Source: Felis catus
Lineage: Eukaryota
Direction: 5' to 3'
Length of the DNA: 64,000 bases
Assembly: GCF_018350175.1 (NCBI RefSeq)
Contig: NC_058369.1
Location: 27,220,001-27,284,000 of the forward strand
The notes beneath the pieces were generated by a model. The model saw nothing but the letters and a program-made list of their open reading frames with translations, had not been told where the DNA came from and did not search any database. Position 1 is the stretch's first letter; each line of letters begins with the position of its first letter. Below are positions 22,918 through 36,026 of this stretch, piece after piece. The position numbers and the translations under genes are program-made.

Positions 22918-23390
22918 GGGGCACCTGGGAGGCTCAGTTGAGTGCCTTACTTTGGCTCAGGTCACAATCTCATGGTGTGTGAGTTTGAGCCCTGTGTTGG
23001 GCTCTGTGCTGACACCTTGGAGCCTGGAGGGTGCTTCAAGATTCTGTGTTTTCAGGGGCGCCTGGGTGGCTCGGTCGGTTAAGCGTCCGACTTCAGCTCA
23101 GGTCATGATCTCACGGTCCGTGGGTTCGAGCCCCGCGTCGGGCTCTGTGCTGACAGCTCAGAGCCTGGAGCCTGTTTCAGATTCTGTGTCTCCCTCTCTC
23201 TGTGACCCTCCTCCATTCATGCTCTGTCTCTCTCTGTCTCAAAAATAAATAAACATTAAAAAAAATTAAAAAAAAAAAAGATTCTGTATTTTCTCCTCTC
23301 TCTGCCCTTCCCCTGCTTGTGCTCTCTCTCTCAAAAATAAACAAACATTAAATAAATAAACAAACATAAATAATAATAAAATAAAACATA
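22918..23390 (+). mobile_element. Can-SINE (outer element), split by a nested SINE
   Basis: Head at 22918-23053; (CT)n and tail resume at 23281. Confidence 0.9.
23055..23279 (+). mobile_element. Young SINEC_Fc nested in an older SINE
   Basis: Near-consensus and CpG-rich; TSD aagattctgtgttttc (23038-23053) / aagattctgtattttc (23278-23293). Confidence 0.95.
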
Positions 23391-23428
23391 ATATATTCTA
23401 CAAGGCCATTCCTCATAGACATTCCAGT

Positions 23429-23974
23429 TGAAAGGTAGCAGAATTGGTCATCCCCAAATATGGCACTTTGCCATAAGGATTATTTTGGGCCAAAGGCAAG
23501 TGAGAAGCAATGGAGACCAGAAAAGTTCTCTGATTAAAAGCAGGATATAAATTTATCAGATGTATCCACTTCCCTCTCTTCAGAAGGACAAAAGTTAATC
23601 ATTGGAGAGAATTCGAGAACCTTAGCCTAGAGATGGCACAAGGGGCATCTACATAATAAACCTTGCCCAAACTAGCCTTTGCTACCACGTGATTGCCAAA
23701 TTGTAGCTGCCTTCCTGCAATTTGCTACCCCTAGAAGCTCAAAGTCCTTTTCCATTTTCACTTCTTTAAAAATGTATTGCTCTTTTGTTAAGATGCTATA
23801 TAAGCCTATGTTCTAACCACCCTTTGAGTTACTCATCACTGGGTACTCCAATGTGTATGTGCAATACACAGGTTAATAAACTTGTTTTTCTCCTTGTTAG
23901 TCTGATTTTTTGTTAGGGGCCCAGTAAGAGAGCCAAAGATGGGTAGAAGAGAAAGCTTTTGCCCCCCTCCTCCA
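23429..23974 (+). mobile_element. ERV1 solo LTR, MER34-family
   Basis: tgaaaggtagcagaattggtcatccccaaatatggcactttgccataaggattattttg start; TATA-like ctatataag at ~23797; aataaa at ~23875; ends ...cctcca. Confidence 0.8.
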
Positions 23975-24894
23975 AATAGGGCATGCCCTTCAGGAGCTGT
24001 ACAGATTGTTCCAGATTCCAGTACTTTGAGTTCATGATGCTCTGGTTCTTGGTGCTTCCTGATTATGATAAAATAGAAAATAATTCAGTATCAACCACAC
24101 ATACAGGATGAATTGGGTAAGCCTAGGACATGTTGCATGAAGATTTTTCCATTTTGATTTGAAATAAGGAGACACGGGAATAATTTGTCATGCAGGGCAC
24201 CTCCATCAAGAGACCTGGCTCTCACCTGCCTCCAATAAGTGTTGAGGGGCAGTGGGCCACTGTATTCAAGCTGCTGTGGGTGGAACAAGAGCAGCAAGGG
24301 ATGGAGGAGCCAAATTAACTGTTGCAATCCGTTTCTGGTGACCTCAAATTACTGCTCATTCCATTCAGAGCACTCTGATACATAGTTTTGTGGAATAATA
24401 TCCTTACAAAGGTTAAAACAAAAGAATCATTTTTTAAATAATATTTTAATTGTGCATAGGGGTAAGTCCCAAATTAAACAGTCTTAGAACCAAACAGAAT
24501 AATAGGCTATGACCCACTAAATTGATTCCATGAGTCTTCATTGTAAATAGCAATCACCAGTTTGAAGAAGACTGCTGAGTGTCTGGAAATTTCCAACAAA
24601 CTTATCCTACCTGAGGAGGAATAAATACAGTAGGCTTTGGTCTCTCTAGCAAATGTTCTTTGTGTATTTGTGTTTTGTTTTGTCCCTGGAAGATTGGAAG
24701 GTACTGGAGATGATGTAGGGGATTGTAGAAGTATTTCTCAGTTTCCCTCACTTGTACTCTATTCCTTCTATAGCCTGGGTGCTCAGATCTTTATTCATCC
24801 ATTGAACAAGAATCAATGAGTACTATCCTCAAAGATGAAATCTAGGTATCTAAAATTTTTGCCAGTTCACTACCACAAACTTACTTAGCTTGTC

Positions 24895-25708
24895 TGTAGG
24901 AGAGACAGCCTCTTTTAGTCTCACCAGAAAGGATTCTGTTGTGTTTTCTGACAACAACCAGTTCTCCAACTCTCTGACACCAGCTGGGTGTCCTATAATT
25001 CAATACTGACATGATCTACCTGGAGTTAGCATCAGATCTCACAGGTTAAGGGCTCAATCCCATTGGACTGCCCCCCAACTTTAGATGCTAGTTGAAAGTC
25101 CCAGGTTGTCCCTGATGCTTCAAACCAACTGCCCATAAATTCAGAAGTTCCTACAACTCCCTCCTCAGGTTTGATAATTTGTTAGAAGAACTCCTAGAAC
25201 TCAGAAAAGCCCTCTATTTGTTATTTCCAGTTACTTCTAAAAGATACAACTCCTAAAAAGCCAATGTTTGGAAGACAGGCCTAGGTCAAGGTTAGGGGGA
25301 AAACGTGTAGAACTTCCATTCCCTGTCTCTAGGCATGCCACCCTCCAAGCACCTTGATCTGTTCACTAACTTGGAATCTCTCCAAATTCTACCATCTAGG
25401 ATTTTTTGGGAAGCTTTTGTTATGTAGGCACGACTGATTAAATCATTGGCCATTGGTGAGTGAACCGAAGCTCCAGCCCTCACCCATCCCCAGGGGCCAA
25501 GGGTTGGGACTGAAAATTCTAACTCTAATCATGCTTACTCTTTTGGTGATGATCCCCCATCCTGACACTATCTAGAGGCCCCTAACTAACAGTAATCTTA
25601 TTAGTATATAATAGACAATCTTATCACTCCAGAGATTCCAAGAGCTTTAGAAGCTCTTTGCCAAGAATGAGGGACAAAGACCAAATATATATTTTTGTTA
25701 TATACACA
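24895..25708 (-). mobile_element. ERVL solo LTR, MER21-family
   Basis: ctgacaccagctgggtgtcctataattcaat...ctacctggagttagcatcagatctcacaggttaagggctca...gattaaatcattggccattggtga...gacaaagaccaaatatat. Confidence 0.85.
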
Positions 25709-26489
25709 CTGATTTCTCCCCAGGAAGATTTTTGGCCATCTGAGCTAGTGTTGAGGCAGCAGGAGAGGAACTAACTCCAGTTATTCATTTTTCTCCCCAT
25801 CTCTGGTCCAACTACTTTGCACAGGGTTGAAGTAAAGTCAGAGAAGAAATCAAGCCAGAATTGGTTTAGTTCATCTTATTGTCCTTATCTTCAGATCAAA
25901 ATCAGAGTGTCTTGAACCACTTGAATGTGAAAAATATTCCTGCTGAAGGCAAAATTGAGAATGGTTGAGGAAAAAAAAAATCACCAGGGGTGAGAAACAG
26001 TAGGAAGTTTTGAAAAGTTGAGTTATAGCCTGCTATAGTTTCCTTTCTGTTGGGTAGAAAGTTTGACCATATAATACTATACAGTTGTAGTGGCCCTGTG
26101 TTTGAAACTATAAAGCAAATACAGTGTTTACATCATTTCTGAGTTCCTGACATTTCCTCCCTTTTAAAGCATATTTTTCTTGTACCTGTATTTCTTTAAT
26201 TAAAGTTTTTATCATGACCTTTTGTCATATGCTTCTTTGTGTTATTCTCCACTCACTTCCCCATCTTCATTTTCTGGTTACCATGCAATGATCTAGTGCT
26301 GCTTCAGAGTGTATTCCTTGGTTTTGTGTGTTTTAAACCTTCACTTTCTGCATCTCAAAATGTACATGATTTATCATGAATAAGACCATAAGAACACCAT
26401 AAGCCATGTCCCTCCACTGTGTTTGCCTCTAAAAACAGGTGTGTAATCCTGACACTCCTTTTGATGTATTGGAATTTTCATTCTGGTAA

Positions 26490-26985
26490 ATTTTTTTTTT
26501 TTCATTTTAGGTTAACAGAAAAATCAAGCAGAAATGACAAGGAGTTCCCATATATCTGACCATGAACCGTCCCACCCCCAGATCCCATGTTATTAACATC
26601 TTGGATTAGTGTGCTACATGTCTTACAACTGATGAGCTAATATTGATATGTTATTAACTAAAGTGCATAGTTTACATAAGGCTTCGTTTGTATTCTACAT
26701 TCTATGGGTTTTGACTAGTATATTATGTCATATACCCCTCATTACAGTATACAGAATTGTTTTACTATCCTCAACATCCTTGGTGTTCTGCCTACTCATC
26801 TTTTTTTCCTAAACCCTGACAAACACTGATCTTTTTGAATTGGCTTTTTTTCATGTAGCAATGTGCATTTGTTTCCTTCATGTCTTTTTATGGCTTGGCA
26901 GCTCTTTTTTTTTTTTTTTTTTTTTTGTTATTGCTAAATAACATTTCATTGAATGGATATACCACAGTTTGTTTATTCAGCATGA
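26490..26985 (-). mobile_element. L1MC-type 3' end
   Basis: ttttaggttaacagaaaaatcaagcaga...gagttcccatata...ttacaactgatgagctaatattgata...ttattaactaaagtgcatagtttacataagg. Confidence 0.75.
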
Positions 26986-27376
26986 CCTCTTTTAATTGCA
27001 AGATCTTTGCAATCTGGTTTTCTTTAGCATAACCAAGAGATTTATTATTCTAGAGTATAATTACAGCCTATTTATCTTGATGCCTATGAAAAGACTTTGA
27101 TTTTTCATAACTCACAATTCTGCAAGAAACAAATAAGAACTATAAATGTATCACTGTACTTCATCTTCATTCCCCATCTGGTCTCACTTGAGGAAAATTT
27201 GTTTGAACATCAACAATACCCTAGACATCCTAGAGAACGCTGGGAATTATTAGCAAAGGATCTCACTGGAAAATATACAAGGTAGATAACATTCTCCCAT
27301 AGCTTTCCTTTGGCAAATTGTCATCTTATTAAGAAAATTGACAAATTATAACACTGGACTTTCAGGTTTATTTCAG

Positions 27377-27436
<60 letters not shown>
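27377..27436. repeat. (TA)n(TG)n compound microsatellite
   Basis: Directly visible. Confidence 0.95.
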
Positions 27437-27439
<3 letters not shown>

Positions 27440-27464
27440 ATACCCTCTTGGCATTTGTTTATGT

Positions 27465-27813
27465 TGTATCTCAGTCCATTTGGGCTGCTATAGTAAATAT
27501 CAGACTGGTGGCTTTTAAACAACGGAAATTTCTTTCTCATAGTTCTGGTGGCTAGAAGTCCAAGATCAAGGTGCCATGGTTGGATGAGGGCTGTCTTCTA
27601 GTTTGTGGACTTCTCACTGTCCTCAAGTGGTAGAAAAGGCACAGGAGCTCTGTAGATTCTTCTTAAGACCACTAATCCCTTTCATGACATGATCCATCCT
27701 CATGACCTTCCCACATAATCTCTTCCTACAGCCCCCAACTACTAATACTATCACCTTTGGGTGTAGGATTTCAGCATGAATTGGGTGAGGGCACAAACAT
27801 TCAGACCATAGCA
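27465..27813 (-). mobile_element. MaLR solo LTR, MLT1A/B-like
   Basis: tgtatctcagtccatttgggctgctata...ctcatagttctggtggctagaagtccaagatcaaggtgcc...aacattcagaccatagca. Confidence 0.85.
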
Positions 27814-28939
27814 TCTAGCACATATCCCCATCACTGTACATCTAAATGAAATCCAGGTCACCCATATGAACTTGGGCTGATTCTTCTCCCCCATCACCCT
27901 TCAGTGAAGTTCATTGGCAGGTGAGATGGTGGAGACAATCCTGAGATTCTGTGGGCAAGAGTTTGTTCCTGGGTAACCCAAATAGGACTGATGCAGTGGG
28001 TTCTGAATGAACATTGGAAACACACTGTGGGAAAGGAAATGGTGTAAGTTCTTAGAGGGCATTTTTTGTTTGCCATTTCACCCTGTCTCCCCAGAATCCA
28101 GGGGAGTACCTTCTGCCGATGAAAACTTGATGATGCCTTTCATGTATTAGAATGACAGTTTTTGGTATGATGAATATGAAAATGGATATTGTTTAAGTAG
28201 GGGTCTGATTTATTTACCCAAGGTGGCAAATTGGGGATGAGAAACCTCAATCTCCATTCAGTGAGGATGTACTAAAGAACTAATAGATGCTGGCAACTAT
28301 GGTAGGTGGGTTAGATGGTAACATGAATCCACAATGGATTTCAGCCTCAAAGAGTTTGCAGTTTTAGGAGGACCGATTGTTTCGATATAAGTAGAGTGAG
28401 ATCTGAGTTAGGAGAAAAGTATAAATTGGAGCTAAAAGAACTGGTAGGAGAAGTTAAAACTTGTGGATAGGATTATCTTGTAGCATGAGTACCTTGAGGT
28501 ACTGAATACTACTAGAGCAAAGTGTCTGAACCCTTGGATTGTGCCAACTGTAAAGTGGGGACAGCTGTCCCCATCTTTGGAGTATGTCTGAGTGTTAAGT
28601 ATGGTCTCTGCATTCTTCATTTTCCCATTATATCAGGGTTTTCTCTTACTGGTTCTTTCCTCATGCCTCTAATGCCCTTTTCTCTTTTTCTGTCTTCTTA
28701 AATTGGCCACTAAGAATTCAAGATTCAGTATGCATTGACTACATTGCATACATTTTTATGTTACTCCTTCCTACTTTTTAAAGGTATGTGAAGTGTTTTG
28801 CATATCCATACTAAATTTGATTTAATGTACATGAAGAGGTATTATGCTAAGCTCTTTGGAACAGGAATTGGTTTCCTACTCACCATGTGTCTAGAATAGT
28901 GCCTGGGACATAGTTGGTATCTCTACTTGTGTTGGAAAA

Positions 28940-29130
28940 AGGTTTCAGGCCAGAAAAGCAGAGTTTGTATTATCTGGTAGCTCTGTGGCAATGGAAAACT
29001 TGCCCAATCGTTTTTAATATGCCTCCTCACTTAAATCATGGGATTAATAATCATATTTCAAGGCTTATTTGCAAAAATGAGGAAGTGATGAGAAAACACT
29101 TAAAACTACGAAATATGTTAAGTATTGTAT
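28940..29130 (+). mobile_element. MIR remnant (preceded by an L2 tail at ~28860-28930)
   Basis: tagctctgtggcaatgg...cctcacttaaatcatgggattaataatcatatttcaaggcttatttgc. Confidence 0.5.
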
Positions 29131-30455
29131 GTTGCCATTTGTTTGCATGACAAATCAGGAGGGTCTCAAAAGAACCAAATTCTTTAGAACTGGAAGAGGC
29201 CTCATGCAGCTTTTCCAGTTAACAGAGCTTGATATATTTTTGAGGTGTCTTCAGCTCTGTAACTCTGCATTTCAGGGCCATCTCATTACACCAAGCTCAA
29301 AATCAATCTCCTGTGAATCTTTCACTTGGGCCAATATTCCTAAACCTGTTCCCTTTCTCTTCTCCTCACTGTGTACTTTAATAAGTGCTGGAAAAAGGTA
29401 AACTTTGTGCCTTTCTAACATGGCACAGAAACAAGGTCCTACAGATTTATTTGTAAAATGGGTCATTTATGCAACACACAGCTCAGTGTTGCATAAGGAG
29501 TATCTGGAAACTCTTCAAATTTCAGCCCATTGGCAGAACTCTCCCCTACATACTTTGTTAGGATCTTCTGTGAAGTGAATCTAAATGTCACCATCCTTGT
29601 AGGAGGCTACATGGGCGATGCAGCAGGTCCAGGAAATGCACACGGATGAGCCTCAAGACTGTAGGGAGCCAAACCCAGGATGCCCTCTTGATGCACATGC
29701 ATGGGCTATAAAATGCTTCTGAGTAAGAAGATACTGAGAGAAAAGGAAGAAAAACCTAACCTGCTATAGAATTTCTAGGCCCTTAGAGGGTTGTAGAGAA
29801 GAGGTTTGGAGTTGTAGGACACTCACTGCCCAAGAACACATACACCTGAGGGTGTACACACCCATGAACATACATCTTCTCTCCCCCACAACCCACCCCA
29901 CACTGCCACCCTGGGAAAATCCACAGCCCTGGAAGTAGATCTCTTTTGAGTGAAGTGGTCACCCAGGAATAGTGCAGGAGCAAAGGTGAATTCACATTAT
30001 TAGTCTTTTCCTTCATTGACTATGCCTGGTACCATTCCATAATCAGTTTCACCAACCCGTTGTGGGCTGTAGAAGGTGACCTTTCCTGGGACCAAAACAG
30101 TGTCTTAGGTTACAGTGGAAATATACTAAGGCAGGGATACTCTAACCATTCTGTTCACAACACAATAATAGACTGCCTTTCCTGTGACAGTGGTTGTCTT
30201 TTGTCTTGATAACAACTGTCCTCAGGGGATGTTGCTCTCCTATCATTTAAGGGAGCTCACCAGCTGTAGCAAAGATAAGGCAGGATAAGGACTCTACTCA
30301 AAAACCAGTGCAGAATAATTCAGCTTATCCCAAACTCCCAGCCAGTCGTCACTCAGGTGGCATTTGATCATTGCTGCTTTATGGAATGAAAGCCCAGCAG
30401 GTACATTTCATAAGGGAAATAAGGCACCTGCAAGTGAGCAGGAGTGGGTACAATG

Positions 30456-30606
30456 TAAGGTTGCCAGATAAAATACAGCATGCTGGTTAAATTTGAACCC
30501 CAGATAAACAACATTTTTTAGTATGAGTATATTCCATGCATGCTCAGTTAAATTGGAATTTCTGATCAACTTAATTTGTTCAGAATTATATCCCATGCAA
30601 TATCTA
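30456..30606. mobile_element. MER53 partial; one arm present twice in tandem
   Basis: taaggttgccagataaaatacagcatgctggttaaatttgaa...ccatgca followed by tgctcagttaaattggaatttctgat...atcccatgcaatat. Confidence 0.7.
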
Positions 30607-32029
30607 ACCAAGGGAACTGAGTTAGGCAGGGAGAGGAAAAGCCATGGATGTGACAGCCCTTCAGTGTTCTATGGAATTTGGGAAGAGTTTGCAATGGAAT
30701 CAAAAGAAAATGTGAGGAAAAATATTGACATGAAGAAAAACCCACCCCTAATAAAAAGAAAACCCCACTATCATAGTCACTACAGATGGAAGAGTTGAAA
30801 TTAGGCTAAAGAGTTGAAAATATAAGTATCATAATCCCTAAATGTTTTACTTGCACTTTTAGTCTCTCAATCTTGAAGCATTTTTCTTGCAGTACATTCA
30901 CTGTGAGTGCTTTAATTCAAGTAGACTCCATGATTTATTCGAGTTTTTCTTGGAAAAACTGTCCAGTAAGAAACACATTCTAATTCAGGTTCATTTAATT
31001 TGCCTTCCCCATGCTTCCTAAAATCTCTTCAAGCCATTTACTTGCACACATTAAAAAAGATGCTCAGCATTTCTGCCCCAGAACCAGAACCAAACAAGTA
31101 TGTAATCACTTAATGCAATTCTCTCCCTGACTTCCTGGAGGGGAATCTGGGCACTTTGAATAGAAATACAGAGCAGTGTGTCTACTCACCTTGCCCACCT
31201 TGGATTTGACTCCCCTGCCCCCAATTTATGCTTTCTTCCCAGAAGTAGTTCATCACCAACTTCTGCTTCCTTTCCAAATGTGAACCTTCCCTGCAACAGG
31301 CTCGGGGTAGCGTTTTCCCCCCAGGTGAGAGGGTGAAAGGCCTCACCTGGCTCATGAGCAGAGGTTGGCATCTGAGTAGCAGCCAGATGCTCACCGCCTG
31401 CAGCTTCAGTAGGAAAGGATCAATCTAGCATATAAAAGCAGGCACAGATAGATTGCTAAACACTGTAGTACAATGATGGCATACATCTCTGAAATGAGAA
31501 TCTTGAAAATCAATAAGAATTGAAATTGAAAGAGGAAGAATTGGAGCTGTCAAAATGCAGGATGTCGGCAAGATATTTGAGCCCAGGTCCACGTTGGCCT
31601 CTCTGGCGCCCAGCAGAATTGTCTGTTAAGAAAACTTGTCTCTAGGTGATCTTTTTCATGTCTCTTTTTGAAAAACACTGTGTCTAAGCCCAGGGACCGG
31701 ACTCTTCTCCCAAGTTGTAATTGACCTACACATCATGTCTGCACAAGAGTGAAGGGCATTCCCCTCAGCCAGAGAGGGAGGTCTGGGGAGGGAGGAGAAG
31801 CCAAGGGTCAGAGGCTTATGTGGGAATGGGGTCTGGATAGAGGGAGGCACACCTCAACTTCATGCAATGATTAAACAGAAAAATCTGTTGTCTGGAAGAC
31901 TGGCCATAGGGGTACAGGGAGCAACCAGGCACAGTGAGAAAAAGACTTCACAGAAAAACACTGAGTACCAGAGCCCTCTTCTGGCTCTTGGTTATAAGAA
32001 GAAATTCAGAATATGCCATTTCACCTGTT

Positions 32030-32530
32030 CTATATCCTTTTTTAATGGATTTTAAACTTCTATTTTTTCAAAAATGTACCAATTCATGTTAACACAGACA
32101 TGTCCTACTGTTCCACATTCTTGCCAACTCTTGGTAATGTCTTAGTTACTATGTGGGGTTTTATGTCTGGTTTTGCTTGGTCAGTCCAGTGGCGGAGTGT
32201 GGTTTGGCATTGTGGGTTTGATTTCCTGATTTCTGATGGGATGGAGTATACTTTTCTCTGGATAGAACCATTTGGATATCCTCCTCGTAAAGAGTTACAT
32301 ACTTTGTCCATTTTAAACATTGGATTCTTTATATTGATCTATAGTTCTTTATATCTTCCAAATACTTTATTGGTTATATTGATTACAAATATCAATGTAT
32401 TTTCTTTTTTCCTCTCTTAACAGTGTCTTTTGAACAATTCTTAATTTTGATGTAATCAAATTTTTTCTATGGCTAATGCTTTCCAGGTCCTGTTTGGATC
32501 TTTTATTTTTCTGCTCCTCTTTTTTTAGGA
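32030..32530 (-). mobile_element. Old L1 (L1ME/M5-like) ORF2 3' remnant
   Basis: ttccacattcttgccaactcttgg...cattgtgggtttgatttcctgatttct...tttgtccattttaa...ttcttaattttgatgtaatcaaa. Confidence 0.65.
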
Positions 32531-32742
32531 TTATGTTAAAGGATATTTCTTTGTGCATTGACTACCTACCGTAAAATCTAACTAATTAGCATATCTGTTC
32601 AAAAGAACAATTTTGCCTTTGCAAGGTAAATAAAATAGCATAATTAAGATCATCCATTCATTTAACAAACTGTGTCTTGAAAACTTATGTATTGGCTTGA
32701 AATAGATGGATTAAAAAAAAGAAAACACGTGCACGTAGACTT

Positions 32743-33505
32743 CCAAGTTAACATATTGTAATATGTTATACATATGTATAAGTTACATATGTACAAGTTA
32801 ACATATGTAATATGTAATAATGGTTTCAGGAGTAGAATTTAGTAATTTATCACTTCCATGTAACACCTAGTGCTCATCCCAAAAAGTGCCCTCCTTAATG
32901 CCCATCGCCTATTTAACCCATCCCCCACCCAACACCCTGCCAGCAACCCTCAGTTTGTTCTTTGTATTTAAGAGTCTTTTATGGTTTGCCTCCCTCTCTG
33001 TTTTTCTTATTGTTATTTCCCTTCTCCTGTGTTCATCTGTTTAGTTTCTTAAGTTCCACATATGAGTGAAATAATGATATTTGCATTTCTCTGACTTGCC
33101 TAGAATAATTCCCTCTAGTTTCATCCATGTTGTTGCAAATAGTAAGATTTCATTCTTTACAATTGCTGAGTAATATTCCATTGTATATATTATCCATTTG
33201 TCAATCAGTGGACATTTGAGCTCTTTCCAAACTTTGGTTATTGTTAATAGTGCTGCTATAAACATTGGGGTACATGTGCTCCTTTAAATCAGCATTTTTG
33301 TATCCTTTGGATAAATACCTAGTAGTGCAACTGCTGGGTCATAGGAGTCCTCTATTTTTAATTTTTTGAGGAACCTCCATCCTGTTCTCCAGAGTGGCTG
33401 CACCAGTTTGTATTCCCACCATCAGTGTCAAAGAGATCCTCTTTCTCTGCTTCCTTGTCAACGTCTGTTGTTTCCTGAGTTGTTAATTTTAGCCATTTTT
33501 AGCCA
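32743..33505 (-). mobile_element. Carnivore L1 (L1_Carn/L1_Fc-like) 3' end, 5'-truncated
   Basis: tggtttcaggagtagaatttagt...gtgccctccttaatgcccatc; ORF 33041-33265 MFIAALLTITKVWKELKCP...EYYSAI is the L1 ORF2 tail. Confidence 0.9.
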
Positions 33506-33784
33506 GATCCCATGAAACAAAGCCAACCATTTGGCCAAATAAAGGAGTATCTTCTCTGAAAGAACTTTACTGTAAAATTTGGATTCGAAGCTTAATTTGA
33601 AATAAACTACCCTCCTCTTTCTTTCTCATCCTAATACTTCCTAATGTTCTATTCAGGTTCTCCCTGCCTGCCTTGGAGGAGGCTAATAGTAGTGACCCTT
33701 TAAATTTTAGTATCGTGAGCAACACCATGTTTTGAATACCACCTGAATATGATCCATTTTAGGCTTAGCTACTTTAAAAAAAAA

Positions 33785-34337
33785 TGGTTTACAGAGGAGA
33801 AAACTGGCAGATACTCTGTGGCCAGGTGATCAAGGTCTGCATTGCCAGTGAGAAATCACATCAATAGCCTCAACCACTGGATATGATATAACTAGAAAGG
33901 CACTTTACTTTGTAGCCTTTTTCTTCTCAAAAGCCTATAACCCCAGGGTAATCCTGAGAAAACCAGCAGACAAAGCTGAAATGAGGGACGTTCTACAAAA
34001 TATCTGACCAATAATCCTCAAAAGTGTGAATGTTGTTACAAAGACTGAAAAAGTGCCACAAGATAGTGGAAATTAAGAAGGAGACATGCTGACCTAATGC
34101 AGTGTGGTTCCTGGTTTCAATCTTGGGACAGGAAGAGGACATAATATGGGAAAACTGGTGAAATGTGATTTAAGTTTAGAGTTCACTGTAATGTAGCAAT
34201 GCTGGTTTTGGACTTCAGACAAATGTACCATAGTAATGTGCAAACATTGGGTGAGGGGTATATGGGAACTCCCTGTACTAATTTTGCAACGTTTCTGTCA
34301 ATCTAAAGTTATTCCCAAATGCAAAGTTTATTAAAAA
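33785..34337 (+). mobile_element. L1MC4-like 3' UTR
   Basis: gagaaaactggcagatac...ccaggtgatcaagg...gagggacgttctacaaaata...tatatgggaactccctgtacta...tctaaagttattccc. Confidence 0.8.
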
Positions 34338-35552
34338 TGGCTTTGAAGGCAGGATTAGGGGAGAACAACACCTAAGGAACTACTAGAACATCCTCTGTAA
34401 AGCATATTTCATGGCATTTTTTCCCTGTGTGTGTGTGGGGAGGGGGGTGGCGGGGGTAGGATACTGTGCAGGAGTGTATATTTTGCTAATGACCTACGGA
34501 GAAAATAACACAAAAATCAGACTACTTCTGGTTCAAAAGAAAAGCAAAAGAACACCTCAATGTCCTTAAAAAAAAAAAAAAAAAAAAAGTCCTTAGTCAT
34601 GGAAGTTAGCTCAGACGCTCCGCTGACATGTACCAAATTGCTCTGAAAGAAAGCAAAGTCTAGAGGAACTGTTGAAAAATCTGTCGAGTGACTAATCCCA
34701 AGTTGGATCCCAGTGGAGGAAATTGGAGAGATCCATTAGGCAGACGAGGCTGTCCATTTCCTCAGAATTATCGACCGTGGTGATGCCCTTGCTCTGTGCG
34801 CATGTGCCACCGGAGAAGCTCCCCAGCCAGAATCGAGTTAAGTGGAAACATCACAATCAATAAAAGACACTCTATTTTCCATTTGCTCATTGTTTTTTAA
34901 GGGCTTATTTTGTAACAGCACGAGAAGGATTCAATTCAATATCAATTCACCTTCTGGGTGGGAGAGGACTCCAGATATTGACTTTTAGTCCCTGACAAAA
35001 TTTGTGACAAGGTTCCGTTTGCTAACATTCTGACCAAAGTACAAACCTCAGCCATTGGAGGAACCAGGATAAGCAGATGTTCAGCATTGCTTCATGATAC
35101 TGGAACCTCTTTCAGTGCATCAACAAAGTCCACAACAAATGTCAATTGCACACCTACTGGCTGCTGAGCCAGCCAGCCAAGCACTTCTCATGGTTTTCAG
35201 TGAGTTGCCAAGAGTTGCTCCAGTCTGGGCTTTGCTTCTTCCATATTAAATAGGAGCTAAATGAGTCGTCTTCCAGGTGTTTATACCATTCTATGTTTGT
35301 ATTCAAGGGTGACTTAAATGATACTGTTTAAAGCAATGTTGGACCTTTACATTGACCTTATGTATTTTACTTTTTGGAATTGCAGTTTTTGAGTTTGTGT
35401 TGGTGATGGTGGTGGTAGTGATGATAATGGTTTAGACTCCCCATAGACTGATTTTTTTCATATTCTTTCCCCACTCATGCCCCTGTCCCCTAGTGAAAAT
35501 TACTAGGATTAACCAAGGATGTGGTTCTGTATATATTTAATACAATTTAATA

Positions 35553-36026
35553 ATAGAGCAAATTATTTTCAAAGATGGCTGTGATCATTCCTCTCATGAA
35601 TGTATGCATACACACCTCTGCAACATGACTTTGCAGCTCTTCCCATTAAGAGAGAAAATCTATTTCTTTACCCCCAGAATCTGATTTGACTTACTTTGGC
35701 AGTGGGATATTTGCCAGTGTGGTATGGGAGGCTTGAAAATGTGCACTTACTGGGCCTTGTTTTCTCTTGCTTCCAAGAACCCTGCCCTCATATGAGCAAG
35801 CCAGGGCTAGCCTCCTGGAGGAGGAGAGGCCACAAAGACAGAGACCCTGCCTGTCTCACCCATCCCAGTGATGGCCTCAGACAAGGGAGCGAGGTCCTCC
35901 TAGGCCACATGGCTTCAGCCAAGCCAACTCAGAGCAGCAGCACTGCCAAAGTAACTCACAACAGTGATAAATGCTTTAAGCTATGTTTTGGAGTGCCTTG
36001 CTACATAGCAAAAGCTAACTCCTACA
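35553..36026 (+). mobile_element. MaLR solo LTR, MLT1G/H-like
   Basis: caaagatggctg...atgactttgcagctcttcccattaagaga...gcaagccagggctagcctcctggag...ttttggagtgccttgctacatagcaaaagctaact. Confidence 0.8.

Noticed and set aside
31182..31400. Several minus-strand donor-like sites (aag|gtgagt, cag|gtgagg, gcg|gtgagc)
   Set aside because: No matching acceptor or recognisable peptide; cannot be supported without RNA data.
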